Shown: positions 44,431 through 53,378 of the stretch, piece by piece
Layout: each line of letters starts with the position of its first letter
Numbering within the stretch: position 1 is the first letter of the stretch
Virus record (IMG/VR): IMGVR_UViG_3300011152_000015
Coordinates: 1-64,000 of that record
From: a virus
Lineage: Duplodnaviria; Caudoviricetes
Length of the DNA stretch: 64,000 bases
Reading direction: 5' to 3' (one strand)
The notes under the pieces: generated by a model
Seen by the model: the letters and a program-made list of their open reading frames with translations, nothing else
What the model was told of the DNA's origin: nothing
Database searches by the model: none
Program-made: the position numbers and the translations under genes

Positions 44431-44644
44431 CGCAATATACCGGGTCATTACAGTCACTTTAAATGTCTGGAAAGTCACTCAAGCTGCCTTTTGGGTCACT
44501 TATAGAGTCAGCTCAGTCAATTTTTTTAAATAAACTCTTCCCCCATCACTTGCTCCATAAGCATAATAAAACTGTATCTTGTGGGTGGCCAGTTGTGTCT
44601 ATGATAGACATTTAATGCTGCTCACTCTCCTTCGGAGGTTGCGC

Positions 44645-44968
44645 GTGGAAAATAATAATAAGAAAGGCAGGCCAAGCATTAGTGAATCTGCTCGCCGTAA
44701 CAAACCACTGATTATTCGCCTTAACGACAAAGAGCGCGAGACAATTAAGGCTAAATGCGAAGAGGCAGGCTACCAAGCCGCAGGGGCATTTGTACGGGAC
44801 TTGCTAATAAAGGGTAAGCCAGGCCAAAAGCAACGCATCCCCCTGAGTCACCTCCAGCTTTCATTGGAGCTGCAACGTATCGCGAGACTAATCCAGAAAG
44901 GCAATGACTCAGAACATGTAGTTCGAGAGCTATTCGCACTAAACAATAAGCTTCTAACTGGAGAATAA
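44645..44968 (+). CDS. mobC: MobC-like ribbon-helix-helix relaxosome protein
   Basis: KGRP..RNKPLIIRLNDKERETIKAKC..GAFVRDLL; GGAGG plus GTG start; precedes the relaxase. Confidence 0.75.
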   Translation: MENNNKKGRPSISESARRNKPLIIRLNDKERETIKAKCEEAGYQAAGAFVRDLLIKGKPGQKQRIPLSHLQLSLELQRIARLIQKGNDSEHVVRELFALNNKLLTGE

Positions 44969-44972
44969 TAAT

Positions 44973-46163
44973 ATGATTGGTAAAATCACAGAAAAAGGCA
45001 TCGGCTCGTTTAGAAATCGCATTGAGTACATCTTTGGATTGCGCAAGCATGAGCACGCCCTGACAACAATAAGAACTATCGGACGGAACTGCTTTTCTCC
45101 CGATCCTCTTCGCCATGGCCACGACAAAGACAAGATCGATGTAGAAGGCATGATTGCCGAGTTTGATGCTGTCGAAAAACTTAGGAATAACTCGATCGAC
45201 AGTGACAGAGTTGTAAAGCCCGTCTGGCACGCAATCCTCGCACTGCCCCCAGGAGAGCATCTGGACGACCAGCAATGGCACGAAGCGATCGAGATGTATC
45301 TTGCCGACCTGGGTTTCAGTGACCTGAACAAGTGGGTTGCGGTGCTCCACGGGGACACAGACCACGAGCATGTCCACATCGTAGCTAATCGCATTCGTTT
45401 AGATGAAGAGTTTTCCATGGTCAAGGACTCAAACGAGCGCTCACGCAGCTGCGACAGCACGTCTCGGATTGAGGATCACTTTGGCCTCAGCAAAGCCCCG
45501 GCTCCCACTGAAACCTGGGGAACGGCGATCTCCCGTGCGCAAATTGAAGCCGCTGAGCGCGAAGGAACGATCCCTCTGAAGCACCGCATGATCGCAAAGA
45601 TCGCGGGAGCTGTTGAAGCCACCCAGCAAGCCCAAGGCGACATGTTTATGCTTATCCGCCTACTCCGCAAACAGCAGGTCTACGTTCACTTCACGAAAAA
45701 CCAGGATGGTCAGCCCACCGGCATTGCCTACGAATATGCGGGCAAGATCATATCTGGACGCAAGCTAAAACGCAGCCGCCTCACATTCCAAAAATTAACA
45801 ACCCAGGAGCAAATTTCATATGACCCCGAAACCTTTTGCGATCTTGAGAGAGAAGCTTCTCGAAGAGATAGCGAGCGCGAAGAACGAGTGCGAATCTACT
45901 ACTTGGTTCTCAGAGCCAAAAATAGAAGACCCCTGCGTCTTAGCTTCAAGGCGCGCCAACAAAAAGAGCTCGAAGACACCATTAAATTGATCGTAGCCGC
46001 CATATTAGCTCTGTTTGGAATTCGAGCAAATTGGGAGTTTGAAGACAAAAAGGAAGGCGAGCACTACCACCAGCTCCGGAGCAATTGGGTAACGCTACCT
46101 CAAGCTGAACAGCAACAGGACTTATCAATGGCTTGGGACGACCACAGAGAACTAGCACTTTAA
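44973..46163 (+). CDS. Relaxase / mobilization nuclease (MOBP/VirD2-like)
   Basis: N-terminal Tyr (RIEYI), VWHAILALPPGE, HGDTDHEHVHIVANRI HUH motif. Confidence 0.92.
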   Translation: MIGKITEKGIGSFRNRIEYIFGLRKHEHALTTIRTIGRNCFSPDPLRHGHDKDKIDVEGMIAEFDAVEKLRNNSIDSDRVVKPVWHAILALPPGEHLDDQQWHEAIEMYLADLGFSDLNKWVAVLHGDTDHEHVHIVANRIRLDEEFSMVKDSNERSRSCDSTSRIEDHFGLSKAPAPTETWGTAISRAQIEAAEREGTIPLKHRMIAKIAGAVEATQQAQGDMFMLIRLLRKQQVYVHFTKNQDGQPTGIAYEYAGKIISGRKLKRSRLTFQKLTTQEQISYDPETFCDLEREASRRDSEREERVRIYYLVLRAKNRRPLRLSFKARQQKELEDTIKLIVAAILALFGIRANWEFEDKKEGEHYHQLRSNWVTLPQAEQQQDLSMAWDDHRELAL

Positions 46164-46164
46164 T

Positions 46165-46187
46165 AAAAAAGCCCCGCAGTGCGGGGC
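46165..46187. terminator. Terminator between convergent genes
   Basis: AAAAAAGCCCCGC-AGT-GCGGGGC. Confidence 0.7.
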
Positions 46188-46216
46188 AGATAATAAATAA
46201 CGGAAAATTGCCAGAT

Positions 46217-46663
46217 CTAATCAAACTTCAATATCTGATCTACCAATGTTTCTTCGATTACAGCATTGTAGTTCTTGACTATCCCGCCCTCGCCCACGAG
46301 CAAATATGTCGTGTTAGCAGTGATAAATGAGTTGTTGTTTACAAAAAATCTCAGGTAGCTCGTGATGTATACCTCGCCCAGATCTCTTTGTTTCCGATCC
46401 TCAAGAATTTCCCCGCAGAAGAGTTTGAATGGCTTGACGAGGCTGTAATCGGGTACTGGCGGCCACTCCCACTCATCAAAATCATTTGGGATGACGAACC
46501 AGTCTCGGACAATGGCCATGGACTCAACGCCGGAATCTCGATAAATGACGCGAGCCTGATCTTCGCTCATTCCGCTGTCGATAATGGGGCGCGAGTGCTT
46601 TCGGAGGGCAGCAACTTTTTGCTCTTGATTGCCGCCTGGGTACAGCATAGGTCGCCTTGTCAT
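46217..46663 (-). CDS. Hypothetical protein
   Basis: GGAGGTGA RBS before ATG 46663; TGcTATGAT extended -10 upstream. Confidence 0.7.
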   Translation of the reverse strand: MTRRPMLYPGGNQEQKVAALRKHSRPIIDSGMSEDQARVIYRDSGVESMAIVRDWFVIPNDFDEWEWPPVPDYSLVKPFKLFCGEILEDRKQRDLGEVYITSYLRFFVNNNSFITANTTYLLVGEGGIVKNYNAVIEETLVDQILKFD

Positions 46664-46708
46664 GCTCACCTCCCAAATACTAATCATAGCATTTACTGTG
46701 AGCTGAGC

Positions 46709-49075
46709 TTAAACCGCCACTGGTCTATTCACTTTTACTACGACCGGCACTGACGATACACCGGAAGCATAGGTACTGACCCGAAACTCCAGTTCATCCC
46801 GCAACACCCCTCCATTGCTTGACGCCTCGCCATCAAATCTCCAGCTGTTTCCAGTCAGGTTGTCTGCCTGTCCGACCTTGGCGCCTGCAGACCAAACCCC
46901 AATTGAAACGGAGCCAGCGAAAGCCTGATCACGATCATCCCCATAAAACACGACCGCTTGCTCAGCACCGCTCCGATACCTCCAGGAAACCTCAGCAACC
47001 CCAGAAATCTCCCCACCCCCAACACCATTGACCAAAACCCTCGCTGGCGGAAAAACTTGGTCATTGGTGCCTTTGACGACAAAGCTTTGCTCTGCTGCCT
47101 CGGCTTCGGTTTGGCGGCGTGTCTGGGTTTTGACCAGGGTTTTGAGGTACACAGCGCTGCCGGCGTTGAACTGGCTTTGGGTGATGCCGTGACCTTCGGA
47201 TACCGCCCAGGTTTTGGTACCGACCAGGTGTGCTTTTGCGGTGCTACCGAAGAGAGCGCGGCGGACGTTTTTGAGCTGGGCGGTGGTGCTGGTCAGAATA
47301 GTGAAGGTCTCGTAGGACATCCATTCGCCGTTGATGTACAGGATGCCCAGGGCCTCGCGGTTTTCATTTGTGCTGTAGTTGTCGAGCAGCTCGATCGGGC
47401 CTGAGATGATGGGGCCGGTGGCCAGGGTTGTGGGGCTTGCCGGCAGGGCTTCAGTGAGCTGGAAAACAGGGGTGAATGGGTAGACGCCCTGATCACTCCA
47501 GGACTCTGCGCCTTGCCTGGTGATCAGCTTGTAATCTTGGCCTGCTGGTGGCTGCTCAATTAGGGTCATGAGCGTGCGTGTAAGGCCTGCGGTGGCGTTA
47601 AAGATTGCCGGGGCTTCAACGATTTGGACGTCTGGCGGATCAACAGGCTCAAACGTGGGCTTTGTCCAAGCGTGCTCACCACCGTCGCTGTACACAGTGT
47701 TTTGCACGCCAAAGACGTCTTGGGTGAGTGTAAGCCTGATTGCGCTGTCCAGCATGTTACCGACGTCGACCCCCATTACGCGCATAACAAGGCCTTCGAC
47801 TTGCAGCGGGGGCCAGTCGAGACGGACTACGTCTAGCATCTCGATATCGAACATCGAACGGTTGCACTCAACAATGCAGCTGGCCAGTGGCACGGACAAA
47901 GGCCGAAGCTCACGCTGAGCAATCATCGCGGCCAAGGCCCCCGTCGAAACGCTCATAAAGTCGTAAGTGACGCCGTCCGTATCGCCTTTGTGGATGCGCA
48001 ACCCGAGGTTTTGAGCTGTTGCTGTTCGATCATTAAATCCGTCCGCGATGGACAGGTATTTGACTTTGACTTCGTTTGTCGCGGTATCTAGAGAGCCACG
48101 GTTGAAATTGCTGATGCTCTTGATGTTGCTGGCGTTAAGGACTGGTAAATCAGCAATTGCGTAGTCTTCCCTAGCTAGCTTGAGTTTTAGCTGACCGGTG
48201 GCGGCATCCGTTATTAGCGAGCCGTTTATCACTCTGAGGATGTCATCAATAACGGCTGATGCTGATTTAGCCGAGTCAACCACCCCACTTACGCCGTAAC
48301 CCTCGCCATGCAAAATCTCAGCGCAACTCTCGATGGTACTAACGTCGACCAGCGAGGACGAGATAGAGGCCCCGAATCTCTTATCCGTCAAGAATTCATG
48401 GATGGCATAAGCTGGATTTGCATCGTCTCCAATAATTTCTAAAGCTGTGTTGCCGCCAGGCGACCTAGGGAAGCGACTGCAGACAAAAGAGATCTTGGCC
48501 GGTGTCTCACTATTGCCAATGTAAAAACCTTCCAGAACGGCGTAGCAGAGACCGCGTAGCCCAGCAACGATGTCGATACCAACTACTCGCTGCAGATACT
48601 GATTTGCTAGCTGTGTGAGGCTTCCGCTGTAAAAACGGATTGTTCCAGACACTCCGCCTGAACCATCTTCGCCTCCAAAAAGCTCTGGCTTGTTGATTTG
48701 GATCGCGCCATCCGATATCTGTCCTGACCAAGCCTTGTCGTCATCAAACCAAACTTCTTTGAGCGTTACTCCAGATCCGTGGCAAATACCAAGCTGTACG
48801 CCCATGTAGTACTTGTAACCAACGGTCATTTTTTTTGATGAAAAGCCGGACTTAACTTTTTTGGTGATCGCCTGCGAGCGCAAATCCCCGTACCAAAGTA
48901 CATTGGGCCCACTCAACTTGCGGGTGCCATATAAAACCTGGATTGGGCGTTCAGCTGCTGTTGGGAAAGTAAAGTCTTCGAGCGCTGCAGACTTTCTATC
49001 CTCAATCTTTGGCCCTCTTGACATCATCCATACAGACAAGAGGAACATAACAACGTAGAAAATTGCTAAAACCAT
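46709..49075 (-). CDS. Tail tip / central tail protein (D3112/GTA-like)
   Basis: LEDFTFPTA..GPNVLWYGD, VGYKYYMG, INKPELFGG, DANPAY, VRRALFGS. Confidence 0.85.
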   Translation of the reverse strand: MVLAIFYVVMFLLSVWMMSRGPKIEDRKSAALEDFTFPTAAERPIQVLYGTRKLSGPNVLWYGDLRSQAITKKVKSGFSSKKMTVGYKYYMGVQLGICHGSGVTLKEVWFDDDKAWSGQISDGAIQINKPELFGGEDGSGGVSGTIRFYSGSLTQLANQYLQRVVGIDIVAGLRGLCYAVLEGFYIGNSETPAKISFVCSRFPRSPGGNTALEIIGDDANPAYAIHEFLTDKRFGASISSSLVDVSTIESCAEILHGEGYGVSGVVDSAKSASAVIDDILRVINGSLITDAATGQLKLKLAREDYAIADLPVLNASNIKSISNFNRGSLDTATNEVKVKYLSIADGFNDRTATAQNLGLRIHKGDTDGVTYDFMSVSTGALAAMIAQRELRPLSVPLASCIVECNRSMFDIEMLDVVRLDWPPLQVEGLVMRVMGVDVGNMLDSAIRLTLTQDVFGVQNTVYSDGGEHAWTKPTFEPVDPPDVQIVEAPAIFNATAGLTRTLMTLIEQPPAGQDYKLITRQGAESWSDQGVYPFTPVFQLTEALPASPTTLATGPIISGPIELLDNYSTNENREALGILYINGEWMSYETFTILTSTTAQLKNVRRALFGSTAKAHLVGTKTWAVSEGHGITQSQFNAGSAVYLKTLVKTQTRRQTEAEAAEQSFVVKGTNDQVFPPARVLVNGVGGGEISGVAEVSWRYRSGAEQAVVFYGDDRDQAFAGSVSIGVWSAGAKVGQADNLTGNSWRFDGEASSNGGVLRDELEFRVSTYASGVSSVPVVVKVNRPVAV

Positions 49076-49094
49076 TTTGTTCTTCTTATTGTTT

Positions 49095-49895
49095 TTATAT
49101 GAACGGGTTTTGTTCTGGGATCGTCAAGCAGCCTGAGAAGTTCTCAAAATTATTAAAGGAGTGACAGGCACTTGATGAGCGATCACAGCCTTTTGCTAAT
49201 TTGACCGAGCTACCAGCTTTGAGGGAATCGATACCCGAAATTAGAGTAATGCTCTTTTCGGCAGCATTTGCTTCCAAAATCATCCTATGGTCAGTTTCGT
49301 CAAACGAACAAAGTCCCGCCAGATAGTACTCGGGATCATGATCCAAACTGGTAAGATAGATTTTAGCCCCACCGCCCTCCACTTTGATTACCGTTTGTGT
49401 TTCCTGATAGTTTGTAATATCAAGGCTACACATATCGTCATACAGGTGGTGGTTGCATTGACTATGATATCCAAACCTCAGAATTTGACGTCTAACCAGC
49501 GCGCTTGAGGGGTTGCAGGTGAGAGTTGCAATCGAGTTATTCCACGCTACAGCACTTACTTCGCCGCCAAAAACGTTAACAAAAAGGTTTTTGTTGTCGC
49601 GCTGACTTCGGAACACTTTGAGAGTTACGTGCTTCGCAGGGAGGTGTGAGCGAAACAGCAGAGGGACAGGGCTGTCGCCAGGAAGGTCGATGTCGAGGCG
49701 ATTTTTGTAGTCTTCAGCAGTGCGCTGCACCTTCCCACGCTTAATGGCAATCGGCTGGTAAACGATGCCGTCTGTGTGCAAGTGCTGACGAGTGCCAGAG
49801 GTGTAGGCAAAGTATTGCGATCCGAACTCAAAAAGATAGAGCTCAACGGGCTTATTGAGAGATAGCGACCTCTCTATCGATTTCAGAGTCAACAT
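49095..49895 (-). CDS. Phage BR0599-family baseplate hub protein
   Basis: PVELYLF, QCNHHLYD..C, GCDRS..C..FNN..NFSG..IP..NPF. Confidence 0.88.
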   Translation of the reverse strand: MLTLKSIERSLSLNKPVELYLFEFGSQYFAYTSGTRQHLHTDGIVYQPIAIKRGKVQRTAEDYKNRLDIDLPGDSPVPLLFRSHLPAKHVTLKVFRSQRDNKNLFVNVFGGEVSAVAWNNSIATLTCNPSSALVRRQILRFGYHSQCNHHLYDDMCSLDITNYQETQTVIKVEGGGAKIYLTSLDHDPEYYLAGLCSFDETDHRMILEANAAEKSITLISGIDSLKAGSSVKLAKGCDRSSSACHSFNNFENFSGCLTIPEQNPFI

Positions 49896-51534
49896 ACAGG
49901 AGCTGCTTTATTATTTTAGTTATCGAGCTGTCTACAGGCGTATCGAAGATGTAATTAAACTCATCGGATTCGAAACGCCCCAAAAATAGTGGTGCTATAT
50001 ACTCAACGTCATCTTTATTAATATTTTCGACTGATTCGCGAAGCGTAATTACTTCAGTTTCCTCTAGTCCTTCTTCCACGGATTTGACATTTCGGTATAG
50101 CACAGTCCCATTATACAAGTGAATCGAGATAGCGGGTGCGAATGTACGGGATTTCAGGAAGTTTTTGTAGTTTGCCCTGTTGATAGTGATATCTAGTGTT
50201 GCAGGGCCAATGTCTTTTGCTAATTTCATAGCAGTGAGCGGGCTCTCGATATAAAACTCACCTTGACTGCCGCGCTCAAGGGCGGAAAAGAACTCAAAGC
50301 GCTGGCGATCATACTCTGTAAAAAAACGCCAAGAATATTGCAGGTATTTAACTGCTCCAGAAGTGCGGTCATAAATGTGACGTCTCCCGATGCCGGGGTC
50401 GAGTGTTTCCCGTAACCGCTTGTACTGAATAGTGCAATCTTTTGACCGATCAGCTCTCACATCCAGCACTCGGCGAGAGTTAAAAATGACAAAGTCATCA
50501 ATCGGCGCTGGTGGCTCTACCACATCAAAATCAAAAGATGCCGATGTAAGCTCGACGTCTAAGCCATGAGCAATTGAATTCGCCTCGTCGCTTATCCATG
50601 CTGAGTGAATGGGCACAAGGCGGGAACCGATACGGTAGTTTTTCTTAACCAATTCTTTAAAAGAAACGCCCTCCTCAGAAATCGCATCAATCACAGCAAT
50701 CTCCCATGCGTCACCATCACTCAACATGACTCTGCTACCTGGCGTAACCACTGCACTTAAATTCAAGACAAAAGCCTTGGCATCAAACCTCGACACTGGA
50801 GCGATAAGCTCGGACTGCATTGGCCATACCGGTACCAAAAATTGACCAGAAAAATTCCCTACCAAGCTTCCAAACAGGTATTGGTCAGCATCACTGAGCC
50901 CGTATTGGTACGTAGCCGAGAGCCGGGGTTGGTCGCGAAGAGAGATCCGCTGCTCAGATCCATCCCAAGACTCAATGACTTCCGTGAGGTAGCTTTGCCG
51001 GAGTTCCGGTTGCATGCTCCAGTCGATCGGCCAATGCACGACAAGAGCCAGGCTAGCGGTAAACTTAAAGTCGTAGCTTCCTGCAGCCCCAAAATCAAAG
51101 GTCGCTCGGTAAGCGACATCGCCGCTATTTTGGTTAAGAGAAACTTGGTATGTGGACGGCACAAAGGAAAACACTGAGCCAGATCTATCGCCCGCCAGAT
51201 CTACAGCCTCACCCCCGAACTCCTCAACCCCATGCAGCCCCAAGCTCGATCGATACGAGTGCCAAACTGCAAACTCAAACGTCTCGCCACCAGTAACCAG
51301 CCCAGCATCGATCACAGCTGGCGTGATAAATACATTGTCAAAAAATACATCACCCCAACCACCTGCCTGCAGCCCACCGATGCTCAAATCCAGCCCGCTG
51401 TAGCCTACATACCCATAACCACCGCGAATCATTTTGCGAGCAAAGACAGGCTCAGGCACGAGCTCAAAGTCGTACCCGCAATATCCTGATTCCTTTGCCT
51501 GGATGACCTGGAATTTGGCTGCGATCTTAGACAT
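49852..51534 (-). CDS. Virion structural (distal tail) protein
   Basis: TEVIESWDGSEQRISLRDQPR motif; located before the BR0599 gene. Confidence 0.75.
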   Translation of the reverse strand: MSKIAAKFQVIQAKESGYCGYDFELVPEPVFARKMIRGGYGYVGYSGLDLSIGGLQAGGWGDVFFDNVFITPAVIDAGLVTGGETFEFAVWHSYRSSLGLHGVEEFGGEAVDLAGDRSGSVFSFVPSTYQVSLNQNSGDVAYRATFDFGAAGSYDFKFTASLALVVHWPIDWSMQPELRQSYLTEVIESWDGSEQRISLRDQPRLSATYQYGLSDADQYLFGSLVGNFSGQFLVPVWPMQSELIAPVSRFDAKAFVLNLSAVVTPGSRVMLSDGDAWEIAVIDAISEEGVSFKELVKKNYRIGSRLVPIHSAWISDEANSIAHGLDVELTSASFDFDVVEPPAPIDDFVIFNSRRVLDVRADRSKDCTIQYKRLRETLDPGIGRRHIYDRTSGAVKYLQYSWRFFTEYDRQRFEFFSALERGSQGEFYIESPLTAMKLAKDIGPATLDITINRANYKNFLKSRTFAPAISIHLYNGTVLYRNVKSVEEGLEETEVITLRESVENINKDDVEYIAPLFLGRFESDEFNYIFDTPVDSSITKIIKQLLYVDSEIDREVAISQ

Positions 51535-52471
51535 CGACTTTCACCGCGAACCCTAAACCGAAGTACGGCTGGATGCGGACAGCCGGGATTTCTTTGCCAA
51601 AAAAGGGAAAAATCTTGAACGTCTGGTCACCGACTACGTAGTCCTGGCCCGCAGTCATCAGGTCGCAATTCACAAAGTGCAGGTCATCAAATTCCGCAAA
51701 TGGAGACCAAGCACTTTCATTTTTGACATACAAGTAGATCGGCATTAGAGCCGACATGCCGTTTAATCGATTCGAGCTGCGCGCACTGCTGCCAATTGTC
51801 CCGACCTGTCCAGGGGATGATGGGCTGAAATTGGGCACCCGCACGCCATTGCTAGCTGATAACCCAGATGCATAACCCCTCGTTTCAGAGTCTTGGTATG
51901 AGTACAGCCAGCCGCTGTAATCCGCCTTCGAAACCCACAGTGAAGTGACTGCCCCAGAGTGATCGAAAGGCACTGACTTTCCATCCCCGCTCGCGTACTC
52001 CATTCCCGTGAGCACACTGCCGCCTGCACCAGGAACCACGACCGGCGAATCCCCGAAAAACGCATGGCTATACCGACCATTTTCAAATTCCGAGATCAGC
52101 AACACGCGCTCATCTGCAGTGAACAGATGATATGTCCCTGCCGCCCCGGCTCGAACGTACCGACCATTGTTGGAGTAACCAGGCTGCTGAAACCAAGCCA
52201 GCGAGGCTTCGAACCCAGTGCTGATCCGCATATCGATACCAGATTTCCCGTATCCGCTGCTCCAGCTCGGCCCCGTTGGGTTGAAGTCGTCGAAGCTACG
52301 CAGAGCGATGTATGTGGCCCCTTTGTGTAAGTGCAGCCGCTTCCCAAAACGTGTGTCAGCGCTGTCGACGTATGCGTGTAAATCAACCACCCAGCCCTCG
52401 GCAAAGAGCTTCTCTCTCACCAGCTGCAGGAGGTTTTCGGAGCCCGCAAACGAGCCAGTTTGATATTTCAT
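51527..52471 (-). CDS. Virion structural protein
   Basis: MKYQTGS start; apparent paralogue of the neighbouring gene. Confidence 0.75.
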   Translation of the reverse strand: MKYQTGSFAGSENLLQLVREKLFAEGWVVDLHAYVDSADTRFGKRLHLHKGATYIALRSFDDFNPTGPSWSSGYGKSGIDMRISTGFEASLAWFQQPGYSNNGRYVRAGAAGTYHLFTADERVLLISEFENGRYSHAFFGDSPVVVPGAGGSVLTGMEYASGDGKSVPFDHSGAVTSLWVSKADYSGWLYSYQDSETRGYASGLSASNGVRVPNFSPSSPGQVGTIGSSARSSNRLNGMSALMPIYLYVKNESAWSPFAEFDDLHFVNCDLMTAGQDYVVGDQTFKIFPFFGKEIPAVRIQPYFGLGFAVKVDV

Positions 52472-53340
52472 GCGAGCCTCAGAGCAAAGTATTGGGAGCC
52501 CCTAAAGATGTTGGGGACGAGGAGGTATTGCTCATCGCCGATAGTTATGACGGACTCAGCGGAAGCCCCGGCATTGCTCACTGCAAATACGCCGTCGAGA
52601 TACCCGCACCACAACCCATCATCGACGCCTTCCCCAGCTGTAGGAGCCCCAGAAACCACCATCGCGTTGTAGAGCACATGATCCCCGGCGAGGGTCTTGC
52701 CGAGGTCTGCAACACCGCCGTCAAAGGGCCACACGTAGCCCAGGTCATAACCGTAGTTGGGGGTGAAATTGAGGCTGTCGCCGGAGTCGTTTTTGGCCAC
52801 TGCCTGCCATCCACCGCCAGGTAGACAAACCCTCGGAGGCCTGGAACTGCCGCCATACCAAGGAAAACCAGAGGCTGTTGAAGCAGTGGAAGACCAGACA
52901 TCAGCATCCCCCGAACCCCCAGCAAAACACGGAAACGGATAGCTATCGGTGTTTGCAAATGGCAACAGCAAGCCCAAGTAAAACGAGTGATAAGTGTTCG
53001 AAATCCGGCAGACCCCCGCCAGTCGCCGCTCACTTACTGAGACCCAGCACTCAAAAGACTGGTTATGCAGCGGCACCCGAGGCAGCTTGTACCCGCCAGT
53101 TGGTGTCTTCATGGCTCCAATTTGATCAGCAATACCACGAGCAGGATCGAACGACCGAAACGCCTGCATTTCGATATTCACGCCATCGATCAACAGCGCC
53201 ACGAACCCACCTGCCGGCACGCGCAAGACCTTCGAAGAAACAGTATCCGACTCAACAACCCACCCCTCAGCCTGCGCAGCGGCAAGGAGTTTGGTCACAA
53301 AATCGGTGTGATTTGAGGCAGTAAAAGTGTGAAGAGCCAT
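52468..53340 (-). CDS. Virion structural protein
   Basis: YHSFYLGLLLPFA..YPFPCFAGG; GYLDGVFAV; ends YFALRLA. Confidence 0.75.
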   Translation of the reverse strand: MALHTFTASNHTDFVTKLLAAAQAEGWVVESDTVSSKVLRVPAGGFVALLIDGVNIEMQAFRSFDPARGIADQIGAMKTPTGGYKLPRVPLHNQSFECWVSVSERRLAGVCRISNTYHSFYLGLLLPFANTDSYPFPCFAGGSGDADVWSSTASTASGFPWYGGSSRPPRVCLPGGGWQAVAKNDSGDSLNFTPNYGYDLGYVWPFDGGVADLGKTLAGDHVLYNAMVVSGAPTAGEGVDDGLWCGYLDGVFAVSNAGASAESVITIGDEQYLLVPNIFRGSQYFALRLA

Positions 53341-53378
53341 GTTGTTATTCTTATCGGCCTTTTTATTTATTATAGCAC

